Source of the DNA: Fibrobacterales bacterium
GTDB lineage: Bacteria; Fibrobacterota; Fibrobacteria; Fibrobacterales; JAOPTW01
Length of the DNA: 64,000 nucleotides
Assembly: GCA_051532035.1 (NCBI GenBank)
Contig: JAOPTW010000009.1
Span: 1 to 64,000 of the forward strand
Direction of reading: 5' to 3'
The stretch's first letter is position 1, and every line of letters starts with the position of its first letter. Below the pieces are notes generated by a model. The model was not told the origin of the DNA. It did not search any database and saw nothing but the letters and a program-made list of their open reading frames with translations. The position numbers and the translations under genes were made by a program. Shown here piece after piece: positions 8,558 to 17,397 of this stretch.

Positions 8558-11500
8558 ATGACATTATTCAGATGGGCAACAGTTGTTGGTTTTATTGCTA
8601 TAGCTATTATTATGACTCATTGTAGCGATAGCGCTACAAATGATATTGAGTTGATTATGAGTACATCATCTTCGAGTTTGGAAGAGGTTGATCAGGAGCG
8701 TGTTCTTATGCAGCTCTATGATGAGGTGAATATCCTTATGGAGAGTATCAATGTCTATGATTCATTAATTGCCGCTGAAAGCGACCCTGCTCGCAAAGCA
8801 GTGTTAGAAGAAGTTCTGGTAACAAGAATTGACTCTTTTGAAGTACAGCGCGATATTTTTACTACGGCTCTCGATTCATTAATGATGGATAGTGAGAGAG
8901 CAAAGGCTGAGTATATAGCCCGTGGTGATACTCTTTCGAAAGCCTATACCGCGGAAGGTGAGTTCTTAGAACGGATACGTGCGATTAAAGGGGCCTCACA
9001 GAATGCTTTTGCTGGGGTAGTCCCTGTCGATGAAAGTAGTGACTCTGTTCCAGTCTCATCAAGTGGCGTAGGGTTGTCCTCTTCGATAGATTCTCTTTTG
9101 AGTAGTGCTCCGGGGGGGGGAAGTTCAGGGGATACCTCTCCTATAGATTCATTGATGAGCAGTGCGAGTAAATCCGATTCTACGATAATTGATTCAACGA
9201 ATGCTGATTCTGCCTCTGCTGTCTCATCAAGTGGCTCTGTTGAGCATATATCGTCGCAAGCGCTTTCATCGGTGACTGCGGTTAATAGTGCCCCGGTAAT
9301 CGATACATTATTTAATACCACCCTGAGCTCATTAGAGGACTCTGTAGTTTCGTTTGTGATACGGGCTCATGATGCAGACGGTGACTCGCTTCAGTGGAGT
9401 ATGAGTATTGATTCTATTTGGGGGAGCATCTCTATAGACTCTCAACACGATAGTTGTACTGTTACCTATACGCCCTTCGCACATAAAAATGGTTTAGTGC
9501 CCCTCAGCATTCGAGTGAGCGACGGAGAATTGAATGATACTCTTGATGTGTCTATAGATGTGGCTTCGGTCAATGATGCTCCGGAATATATCGGGCCTGC
9601 CACCTTGAGTAATGCACAGAGAAATACCGAAACCATTGTTGTGCACACAGGGTCAGATTGTGTTGATACTCTCGATGGTAGTTCTTTAGTGACCCAGTTG
9701 AGTACCTATTGGTATCGTGATGACAAGGGGAATGGGTATGGGGGGGACTCATTATTTGTAGGTGATTCTTTGCTTTTAACCAGTAATGAGGTATCTCGAT
9801 TTATATACGCCGAAGTGCGGTGTACCGATGGAGAAGGTGCAGTTACTATTCAAAAAACCCCGTATTCACAAGAGATTAAACACCGGCCTAATAGTGCTCC
9901 AGTAATTACAGAAGCACCCCAGTATACTGTTACTTATAATGAGGATACCGGTCCTCATTCACTTACTATCCATGCTACTGACCCGGAAAATGATACGCTG
10001 GTTTGGGCTATTGTTACACAACCAGCCAAAGGATCCATTGCTTTTTCTGACAAGAAAAATAATTCTGTGGTGGTTGATTTGAGTGGAGTACCACAGCATT
10101 TTAATGGTTCGCTTTCGGCGGTGGTTGAAGTGCGTGACCCTTTTGATACTGATACTCTTATGATTTCTTTTACGATTCAACCAGTAAATGATGCACCGGT
10201 GATTACGGGGAGTGCAGAACTTAAAGGGGATTTTGTTGTAACCCAAACGGTAGCTCTTGATACGGCAACCTTTGAGTGTCGTGATATCTACGATTTGCAC
10301 AATACTACAACTGTTGATATCACTTGGTATCGTGCTACTACTTGTGGGGTCTTTGATCTCAGTAATGAACTCGTTGCAGTTGCCAGCTATATGCTCGTTG
10401 CACACGATGAAGGAGCCTGTCTCTTTGTGGTTGCTTCATGTACTGATAATGAAGGGGCGGTTGTGTATGATACATCGAGTCAGAGTGTTCCAGTAGCGGC
10501 GGCTCCAGAGTTTAATCAAGAGCGACTCTTGAGGCTTCAGCGACAAAATTCAGAATATGTTCAATTGCCAGTCCTCGACCTTAATCCGCTCAATAGAGGT
10601 GTACTCACTGTAGAGGCGTGGGTTCAATGGAGTGGTTTGCAGGGTAATAATGAACGGGTTGTTGAATTTTCAAATCAAACTACGAGTGGTGATTCTAAAG
10701 ATAATATAATACTGTATCACAAAGATGGAGAGTCACAGCTTCGTGTTTCTATCAATAATGGTAGTTGGGAAGGTATGGCGTCTCCAATTGGTTTTATAGT
10801 TCCTGGCGCATGGACCCATGTTGCAGTGGTCATTAGTGATGCCGCTATCGATAATGTTGTTCTATTTAAAAACAGTGTTGTGATGGCGACAGGTACCCTC
10901 AATGTCCCAATTCAGGTGGAACGCACTCGTAACCTTATTGGTGGAAGTGCCTTTGTAAATGATGACACATTTGATGGGTTACTAGAAAATGTGAGGGTCT
11001 GGAATAGTGCTCGTACTCAACAAGAGATTACGGATAATATGTTTCATGGTTTTGACGAATTAACTCATAAAAATAGCCTTGTTGCAAGTTACGATTTTAG
11101 AAGAACAACCTCTATTCCTACTCTTATTGAGAATCGAATGGATGGGGCGACGGGGAGGATTGTCAATGGAGTAGGAAATGATGGAGATGAATGGCTTGAG
11201 GAATTTTCGATATACCGCTTAAGTATCAATGCAAATGCAGGAGGGGCAACAATGCCGGCGACTGATGTTACTCTTGTGGAAACTCAACAATGCCTCATAG
11301 AGGCGGTGGCAGATCAGGGATACCAATTTGAAGTGTGGCAGACATCTGCTCATGCAATAATCAATAACCCTTCTCAAGCGAAGACTACAATCAGCTTGAC
11401 TGGTGATGCAACCGTTACAGCTGAGTTCTCTGATCAGTATATTGTTACGGTTGTCTCAGATAATAACTGTGCACTTAATGTTGAGGGAGAGGTTGAGCTT

Positions 11501-12121
11501 AATATAGGGGAGCAACTTGAATTAAGGGCCTATGCAACGACGAACAGTTATCTGTTTAGTAAATGGGTGGTAACCGGAAGTGGTGTGGTAACCTTCTCCG
11601 ACCCTACGAGTCCTCATACACAGATAACTGTTGCTGGTGGTGATGTTACCATCGAGCCTCGGTATTTGAGACGACACGATTTGGTGCTCACTATTCATCC
11701 ATATACTTTTCAGGACGGGTGTGTTGTTAATAAACCGGGTGGAAGTTATAATGGGGCAAATGTTGAAACAGAGCGTTGTCCTGGCTCGTCTAAGGAGCGC
11801 TGGAGAACTCAAAATGATGGTGTCTATTATGCGCTTCGTAGTGAAGCAGTAGAGCCGAGGGATAGTTATATTATTATGGATGCTGAGGGTGGAAGTAATG
11901 CTAATATTCGTATTTGGGGGCATACAAAAGGCCAAGAACGACATTCGGGACAATTTACTTTTGACCCTTCAAGTGATGGGACGTATCGAATAAGGCTTCG
12001 AGAAGATCATGATAAGTGCCTTGATTTACAGGGCAGTAATCAGTTCTTTAGAAATGTCTATCTTCTTCCTTGCAACAATCATGATAATCAAAAGTGGATT
12101 GTGAATATTCATTCAAAATAG
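8558..12121 (+). CDS. Large surface lipoprotein: helical N-terminus, Ser-rich linker, cadherin-like/Ig repeats, LamG, InlB-B-like repeats, ricin-B-like lectin C-terminus
   Basis: Signal ending IMTH-C; NSAPVI...DADGD...VNDAP repeats; LTVEAWV...WTHVAVV...FDGLLENVRVWNSART; GYQFEVW; KCLDL...CNNHDNQKW. Confidence 0.8.
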   Translation: MTLFRWATVVGFIAIAIIMTHCSDSATNDIELIMSTSSSSLEEVDQERVLMQLYDEVNILMESINVYDSLIAAESDPARKAVLEEVLVTRIDSFEVQRDIFTTALDSLMMDSERAKAEYIARGDTLSKAYTAEGEFLERIRAIKGASQNAFAGVVPVDESSDSVPVSSSGVGLSSSIDSLLSSAPGGGSSGDTSPIDSLMSSASKSDSTIIDSTNADSASAVSSSGSVEHISSQALSSVTAVNSAPVIDTLFNTTLSSLEDSVVSFVIRAHDADGDSLQWSMSIDSIWGSISIDSQHDSCTVTYTPFAHKNGLVPLSIRVSDGELNDTLDVSIDVASVNDAPEYIGPATLSNAQRNTETIVVHTGSDCVDTLDGSSLVTQLSTYWYRDDKGNGYGGDSLFVGDSLLLTSNEVSRFIYAEVRCTDGEGAVTIQKTPYSQEIKHRPNSAPVITEAPQYTVTYNEDTGPHSLTIHATDPENDTLVWAIVTQPAKGSIAFSDKKNNSVVVDLSGVPQHFNGSLSAVVEVRDPFDTDTLMISFTIQPVNDAPVITGSAELKGDFVVTQTVALDTATFECRDIYDLHNTTTVDITWYRATTCGVFDLSNELVAVASYMLVAHDEGACLFVVASCTDNEGAVVYDTSSQSVPVAAAPEFNQERLLRLQRQNSEYVQLPVLDLNPLNRGVLTVEAWVQWSGLQGNNERVVEFSNQTTSGDSKDNIILYHKDGESQLRVSINNGSWEGMASPIGFIVPGAWTHVAVVISDAAIDNVVLFKNSVVMATGTLNVPIQVERTRNLIGGSAFVNDDTFDGLLENVRVWNSARTQQEITDNMFHGFDELTHKNSLVASYDFRRTTSIPTLIENRMDGATGRIVNGVGNDGDEWLEEFSIYRLSINANAGGATMPATDVTLVETQQCLIEAVADQGYQFEVWQTSAHAIINNPSQAKTTISLTGDATVTAEFSDQYIVTVVSDNNCALNVEGEVELNIGEQLELRAYATTNSYLFSKWVVTGSGVVTFSDPTSPHTQITVAGGDVTIEPRYLRRHDLVLTIHPYTFQDGCVVNKPGGSYNGANVETERCPGSSKERWRTQNDGVYYALRSEAVEPRDSYIIMDAEGGSNANIRIWGHTKGQERHSGQFTFDPSSDGTYRIRLREDHDKCLDLQGSNQFFRNVYLLPCNNHDNQKWIVNIHSK

Positions 12122-12146
12122 GTATGCTCTTATTTAGGGACCCGTA

Positions 12147-12182
12147 GAGCCCTCTCTTCTGTTGTGAGAGAGGGGTTCTCTT
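12147..12182. terminator. Probable terminator hairpin between convergent genes
   Basis: AGAGCCCTCTCT...AGAGAGGGGTTCT imperfect inverted repeat. Confidence 0.5.
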
Positions 12183-12229
12183 TGTCTGTCGTAGTGAGTT
12201 GATGTCTGCAGAATGGGTTGGCGTATGAG

Positions 12230-14059
12230 TTATTCGTCAATATTCCAAAGGAGCTTAATGGCAAGGACACCAAAAGGATCGATTTTGTCAAGTGCATCGA
12301 TAGTAAGTGCGTCATCTATGCACCAGTAGTACTGTGAAAGGAGTCCAAAATACTCTTCGTCAGTTGTAGGTGGTGTTACAGAATATAAATTACCATTATT
12401 TGCGTTGTTGAATGCTGTTCTAAGGTTACCGTCTTCTGATCCGTGGCGGCGATCATAAAAGGATTGGGCAAGTAGGTTTGTGATAACAGAAGGGTCCTCT
12501 TCGAGGGCGATGAAACTTGCGGCATCAGCGATGTGTATTCCCTTGTGCCATTTAGTGGGGAGTCCATTATCTATGAGCCACTGTTGCTCTTTATAAAAAG
12601 ACCAGTCAGGGGTTGTGGATGAGCTGTCGATCCAAATATTTGTCTGCTGTACAATATTGAGTGCACTTGGTGGTAATGTCTGGTTAAGGTAGATGAGATC
12701 TTTAATAAGTTTATAGTAGGTGTACTCTCCGAGCTGAAGATTTCTCATAGCTGGTGAAAAATAGAGCGTCCAGCCTGCAACTGTTACTTCATAAAACCCA
12801 TCCACTTCAGTAAAAGGTAAGTCGGGATAGCGAGGGCTCTCGGTAATTGGAGTATAGCTTGTGTCTTTGTAGTGGAGTACATAATTAGTGGCAGCTTTAT
12901 TGGGGGGGAATTCATAATCTTCTGCAGTGAGCTTAATGGTATTATCTCCTTCAGCCAGTGAGAGAGTGTAGCTATAGGTGCTGTCTCCGGCTCCACTGAG
13001 AATAGAATCATTGAGGGCGATAAAAGCGAAGGACCCATTGTCGTGTGCGTGAATTGTTATTGTGGGGCTGGCAGTAAAAAGTGTGTCAGTAATACTCAAG
13101 CCATCTATCCAAATAACTGGTGCGATACTGTCAATAAAGGGAGGATTGTAGTAAAAGAGAACGGAATCGGTTGAGCTATACCCGTTAAGATCAGTGATAG
13201 TGACGGCAGCGATTTGTTGGCCTGTAGCAGAGGGGGTATGGAGGTATTGCCATTTTCCAAATTCAAAGGGTACTGTGTCGGAATTTACGACAACAGTCGC
13301 AATTCCGGAGTCATCTGTGGCAATGCCTTGAATGATTATGGAATCGGCAGATTCATAGATCGCGCTATCTTTAGGGGTTGTAATGTTGATGAACGGAGGG
13401 TTTGTATCTTTTAATGGGTCTATAAAATGGAGGGGAAGTGTGTGGTACAGATAGTTGCCTTCACTATCTTTTATAGTGAAAACTAATGAGTTGTCACCTG
13501 TTTCTAGAATGGTCACCATACTCCAAATGTTAGAAATACCTAGATCAATGGGGGTACCATTAAGGGTAAAAGAGTCAATTTCGTTTGTATGTATGAGAGA
13601 GCCAACAATGGATAATTGTTTTTGAGAAAGGCTGTCATAGGGGCTTGGGGTACTAATAGAAAATTGAATTGCAGGATTGTAGAGGGGTGTTATGGTACCC
13701 GCTGTAGTGACATTGGGTGCTACAATAATCGTGTCTTTTGCAGTAAAAAGAGTCGTAGACATGTCAAGTATTGAAAAGGATAGTTTGAGTCGTTTACTGG
13801 GGAGCTCTGTAAGGGAAATAAGTGAATCGTTAAAAGGGAGGGTGATTGTTGTATCGATATCCGCCCCTTTAATATGTACCCTGATATTTCTGAAAAGTGG
13901 TTTAAAAAGTGTATACAGTGAGTCGTTCGGCGTTACAATTGCTATGGAAAGGTCGCCAGTTGGTTGTGGGGTGTTTGAAGGAGCTGTGGCGTCTTCTGAG
14001 CAGTACATTAGCAAGAATGAAATGAGGCTCAATACAATTGTTTTTCTAATCAAGAACAT
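12230..14059 (-). CDS. Lipoprotein with three Ig-like domains and a C-terminal zincin-like domain lacking HExxH
   Basis: Lipobox LLMY-C; DTNPPFINITTP, GIATDDSGIATVVVN, LAEGDNTI; C-terminal GWTLY...NLLAQSFYD...EEYFG...DPFG. Confidence 0.7.
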   Translation of the reverse strand: MFLIRKTIVLSLISFLLMYCSEDATAPSNTPQPTGDLSIAIVTPNDSLYTLFKPLFRNIRVHIKGADIDTTITLPFNDSLISLTELPSKRLKLSFSILDMSTTLFTAKDTIIVAPNVTTAGTITPLYNPAIQFSISTPSPYDSLSQKQLSIVGSLIHTNEIDSFTLNGTPIDLGISNIWSMVTILETGDNSLVFTIKDSEGNYLYHTLPLHFIDPLKDTNPPFINITTPKDSAIYESADSIIIQGIATDDSGIATVVVNSDTVPFEFGKWQYLHTPSATGQQIAAVTITDLNGYSSTDSVLFYYNPPFIDSIAPVIWIDGLSITDTLFTASPTITIHAHDNGSFAFIALNDSILSGAGDSTYSYTLSLAEGDNTIKLTAEDYEFPPNKAATNYVLHYKDTSYTPITESPRYPDLPFTEVDGFYEVTVAGWTLYFSPAMRNLQLGEYTYYKLIKDLIYLNQTLPPSALNIVQQTNIWIDSSSTTPDWSFYKEQQWLIDNGLPTKWHKGIHIADAASFIALEEDPSVITNLLAQSFYDRRHGSEDGNLRTAFNNANNGNLYSVTPPTTDEEYFGLLSQYYWCIDDALTIDALDKIDPFGVLAIKLLWNIDE

Positions 14060-14374
14060 AGCTTTCCTTATACAGTGTCAGTAGATGTATATCAACAGCG
14101 TGAGTAGTATGGGCCAGTGTTTTTTTGGCCTATAATTAATGTAAATGGTGTTGTTTTAAATAGTATATATATACGGTTTTTAGGGGTGGTATAAAAATAT
14201 AATATCATTAGAATGAGAATGCAGGGAGTGTTCTGTTTTAATAACCTTTCATAAAATAGAAGTCTACGCTTGCATTCCATAATTATCCATTTTGCCTTAA
14301 ATTAAGCAAATGATGTGATAAGTGCAAATGGAAATGATTGTGTAGCACCAAATTTACGTCGTTTTCATATGAAA

Positions 14375-15259
14375 TTAGGCGAGAAAGAGTGATGCACTGT
14401 CTCCACCGGAATTTTTCACATCTGAAAGCTCTTGTTGGGCTTTTGTCATAATGATATGTGAATTGTTGTCTTGGGGGGTGACATTTGCTATGCCAATGCT
14501 CAAGGTGATGGGTATTTCCTTATAAGAGACGTCCTGAAACTCTTCCATAAATCGGTCAATTGCTGCGAGTGCCTCCTGGGGCTCTGTGTCGGGGAGCAGT
14601 ACTGCAAAATCATCACCTCCAATGCGGGCAGGAGTGTCTTGAGACCTGAAAAACCTGAGGAACTCCTTTCCGAGGAGTTGTATAATGGCGTCTCCTTCAT
14701 TATGGCCATGAGTGTCGTTAATAGTATGAAATGAGTCGATATCAATCAGTGCCACAGAGTATATGAGGCCAACACGTTTAAAACGGTTAAATTCATTGTC
14801 GAGCTGTGTATAAAATTCTCTACTGTTAGCGAGGTTCGATAATGGGTCTTGTCGGGTGAGTTTATCATAATCGAGCTCGGTCTTTTTAAAGGCGGTAATG
14901 TCATGCTCAATAATAGCTATATGGGTAAGAGTGCCATGAGAGTCTGTTAGGGGGATACTTTGTTGTTGTACCCAGTATGTCTTTCCCGACAGGTGTTGTT
15001 TTTGAGCAATATCTATACACGGGACAGGATTGTCGCTAAACTCATTCAGTCTTGTTGTTGGGGGTAAAAGAGAAACATCATTGAGCATAGTTGGGCTTTT
15101 GCCAAGAATATCACTCCCGGTATAGCCACTTAATTGCTTAAACGATTCATTAATAAAGACAATTTTTAGCTCCGACTGGTCTGTAGGGGTGACTTGAAGT
15201 ATCACAATGCTATCACTACTCTTGGCAACTATGTTTTTAAAAGAGAAGGAGGGTTCCAT
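14375..15259 (-). CDS. PAS-GGDEF protein (diguanylate cyclase family, GGDDF variant)
   Basis: IVFINESFKQLSGY (PAS); DPLSNLAN, DIDSFHTINDTHGH, RSQD I-site and RIGGDDF. Confidence 0.88.
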   Translation of the reverse strand: MEPSFSFKNIVAKSSDSIVILQVTPTDQSELKIVFINESFKQLSGYTGSDILGKSPTMLNDVSLLPPTTRLNEFSDNPVPCIDIAQKQHLSGKTYWVQQQSIPLTDSHGTLTHIAIIEHDITAFKKTELDYDKLTRQDPLSNLANSREFYTQLDNEFNRFKRVGLIYSVALIDIDSFHTINDTHGHNEGDAIIQLLGKEFLRFFRSQDTPARIGGDDFAVLLPDTEPQEALAAIDRFMEEFQDVSYKEIPITLSIGIANVTPQDNNSHIIMTKAQQELSDVKNSGGDSASLFLA

Positions 15260-15287
15260 GGGGGCTCATATAAGTAGGTGTATCGAG

Positions 15288-15296
15288 ATTATACCA
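15288..15296 (-). promoter_or_regulatory. Extended -10 TGGTATAAT upstream of the GGDEF gene
   Basis: Same ATGGTATAATCTC sequence as upstream of the HDOD gene. Confidence 0.55.
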
Positions 15297-15612
15297 TCTA
15301 AAGGGCGCTTTGTGCATGTTTTTTAAAAAGGTTGATAAAAAACCTGTATCTCTGTATTTGGGTTACGGCCAAAAGGGATACCAAATGTGTCTCAAGTACT
15401 AGTGGATTGAGAAGATGTTTTATTTATAGATGAGTGAGTTGGGGGATTTTGGCAAAAGTTAAATGTGGTGTCTATTGGGCTAAAAAAAATGATAAAACAC
15501 AATGAGTACAATGATAAATTTACTTTACATAGTGTTTTTGATACACTAAACATCTTTCAAGAATCTATTTTAAGTATAGGGTATCGGGGGATACACAATA
15601 TTGGGGTTAGGT

Positions 15613-16008
15613 ATGTATTTTTCAAAGAAAATGTCGTATTCATTAATTATTGCTATTTGTGTAATTGGAATAGGCACATCGAGTCTTCTTCTTGCTGAAG
15701 GTGATTTTCCATTGGTGTATAGAGCTGCTCACACGCAAAAGAGTATGCTGAGAGTAGAACACAGCTCTTCAATCGAAATGGGGCTCAGTAGAGTAATACA
15801 TAAAAATAATTCAGCAAGTAGCATTGAATTTATAAATACTCTGAATGGAAGTACAATTATACCGATTTCAAATGCATATAAACGATTTGCATTCTTTTCT
15901 GTCACTGGTAGACTTATCGGTCAAGGTACAACCCAAGGAACGGCGTCATTGACTGTTCCAGAGTATGCACCTCGTGGATTGGTCTGTTTAAAACTTATGG
16001 TTGAGTAA
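15613..16008 (+). CDS. Small secreted protein with a T9SS/Fibrobacter CTD-like C-terminus
   Basis: Hydrophobic N-terminal signal; C-terminal FFSVTGRLI...PRGLVCLKL resembles sorting domains. Confidence 0.55.
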   Translation: MYFSKKMSYSLIIAICVIGIGTSSLLLAEGDFPLVYRAAHTQKSMLRVEHSSSIEMGLSRVIHKNNSASSIEFINTLNGSTIIPISNAYKRFAFFSVTGRLIGQGTTQGTASLTVPEYAPRGLVCLKLMVE

Positions 16009-16227
16009 GGTTGACTTGTATAGGTGTACAATAATTTGACTCTATACAGTGGGGATCATTTCATTCTTATACTATGATCATCTTTTTGAGTAACGGTTTG
16101 GAATTCGATTCACCTCTGCTGCTTCAAAAGCTATATTTGTTTATGACCGAGGGGTCATCATCTCTTTGATAGAGTAGATGGACGTCAAAAACAGATTTGC
16201 ATCACATTATAATGTTATTATTTGATT

Positions 16228-16803
16228 ATGAAAAAAATTTTTATTGTTGAAGATGAAATTGCAGTAGCCAAAGAGCTCGAAGAGATCCTTATGCGGGCAG
16301 AGCATGAGGTCGTTGGTATTGCTATGTCTTTTAATGCAGCGATAAAAAAGCTTTCTAGAGTGAAACCCGATCTTATTCTCTGTGATATTAATCTCAATGG
16401 TGAAGAAAATGGCCTCGATCTTATGCAGGTTATTCAAGAACAGCGTGGTATTCCTTTTATTTTAATGTCAGCTCATACGGATAACGAAATCGTGCACAGG
16501 GCTTCAGAACTTGGACCTGTTAATTATCTCACCAAACCCTATAGTGAAGCACAATTAATCACCAGTATTGCTCTTGCTGCTGGGGTAACTGACGCTTTTG
16601 AGAAGCCGACATATAGAGAGAAATCAATTCTACAACTCCTTGCCCAGGGTATGAACAGTAAAGCAATTGGTGAAGAGGTGGGCCTCTCTTTTCATACGGT
16701 AGAAACTCATCGAAAAAACATGATGAAGAAGTATAATGTCAAATCATCTGCTGAGCTTATGTGTTTGGCTACATCGAAAAAGTGGATCACTTTTTCGCCT
16801 TAA
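16228..16803 (+). CDS. Response regulator, REC + LuxR HTH (no adjacent kinase)
   Basis: IVEDE, LILCDINL, YLTKP; PTYREKSILQLLAQG...SFHTVETHRKNMMKK. Confidence 0.93.
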   Translation: MKKIFIVEDEIAVAKELEEILMRAEHEVVGIAMSFNAAIKKLSRVKPDLILCDINLNGEENGLDLMQVIQEQRGIPFILMSAHTDNEIVHRASELGPVNYLTKPYSEAQLITSIALAAGVTDAFEKPTYREKSILQLLAQGMNSKAIGEEVGLSFHTVETHRKNMMKKYNVKSSAELMCLATSKKWITFSP

Positions 16804-16863
16804 CGTTACTTTTTAACAGCAAATGACCTAAGTTTTTCAAAATAAATGAAAAAAAGTGTGAAA

Positions 16864-16910
16864 AATACCCAGATTCAGGTATTGTGAATCAATCGTATGA
16901 GACGTATTTT
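16864..16910 (+). promoter_or_regulatory. Palindromic activator box AATACC-N8-GGTATT abutting -35 TTGTGA and -10 TATTTT (17-bp spacer)
   Basis: Inverted repeat at 16864-16883, about 60 bp after the LuxR-type regulator gene, with class II activator geometry. Confidence 0.6.
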
Positions 16911-16942
16911 TAGTAGTATCCTTATTTTTCCAGGAGGAAAGG

Positions 16943-17002
16943 GTGCATTATTCACAATTGGGCATGGTCGGCTCCTCTACTGAAACGACTTCACATTCTT
17001 AA
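16943..17002 (+). CDS. Candidate 19-aa small protein MHYSQLGMVGSSTETTSHS
   Basis: Perfect SD AGGAGG (16932-16937), 5-nt spacer, GTG start and TAA stop, between a promoter and a strong terminator. Below the ORF-track length cutoff. Confidence 0.5.
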   Translation: MHYSQLGMVGSSTETTSHS

Positions 17003-17030
17003 TTAATTTGTAAAACTAAAATCCCCTATT

Positions 17031-17068
17031 TAAAAAAGCGGCTACTCTTATAGAGTGGCCGCTTTTTT
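17031..17068 (+). terminator. Bidirectional intrinsic terminator
   Basis: AAAAAAGCGGCTACTC-ttata-GAGTGGCCGCTTTTTT. Confidence 0.9.
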
Positions 17069-17080
17069 AATGGATTCGTA

Positions 17081-17107
17081 AATGTCAACAAATGGGGGGT
17101 AATGTCA
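17081..17107 (+). promoter_or_regulatory. Direct-repeat candidate operator AATGTCAACAAA-N8-AATGTCA upstream of GH3
   Basis: Identical half-sites and 20-bp period to 1277-1303. Confidence 0.6.
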
Positions 17108-17397
17108 TCGGAAAAACCATAGGTATCTATAATTCATTATGTCCTAGGGTAGATAAATCATATTTTAATAAGTGAGGGAAGTACAATAATTGCACTTTAA
17201 AAACACAAGAGGGCATTTTCAAAATATCGATATATTAAACTGTGAAATATACAGGTGGTGAATTTTATTTAAAATACAGATCTGTTTGATAAAAAATGTA
17301 AGTGCTTTTTGTCATCAGAGGTATTGAGGGATTCACAAGAGAAGCTTCACAATAGATCACTCTTGAAAATAACTCTTAGGTTTAGGGATACAAAATT

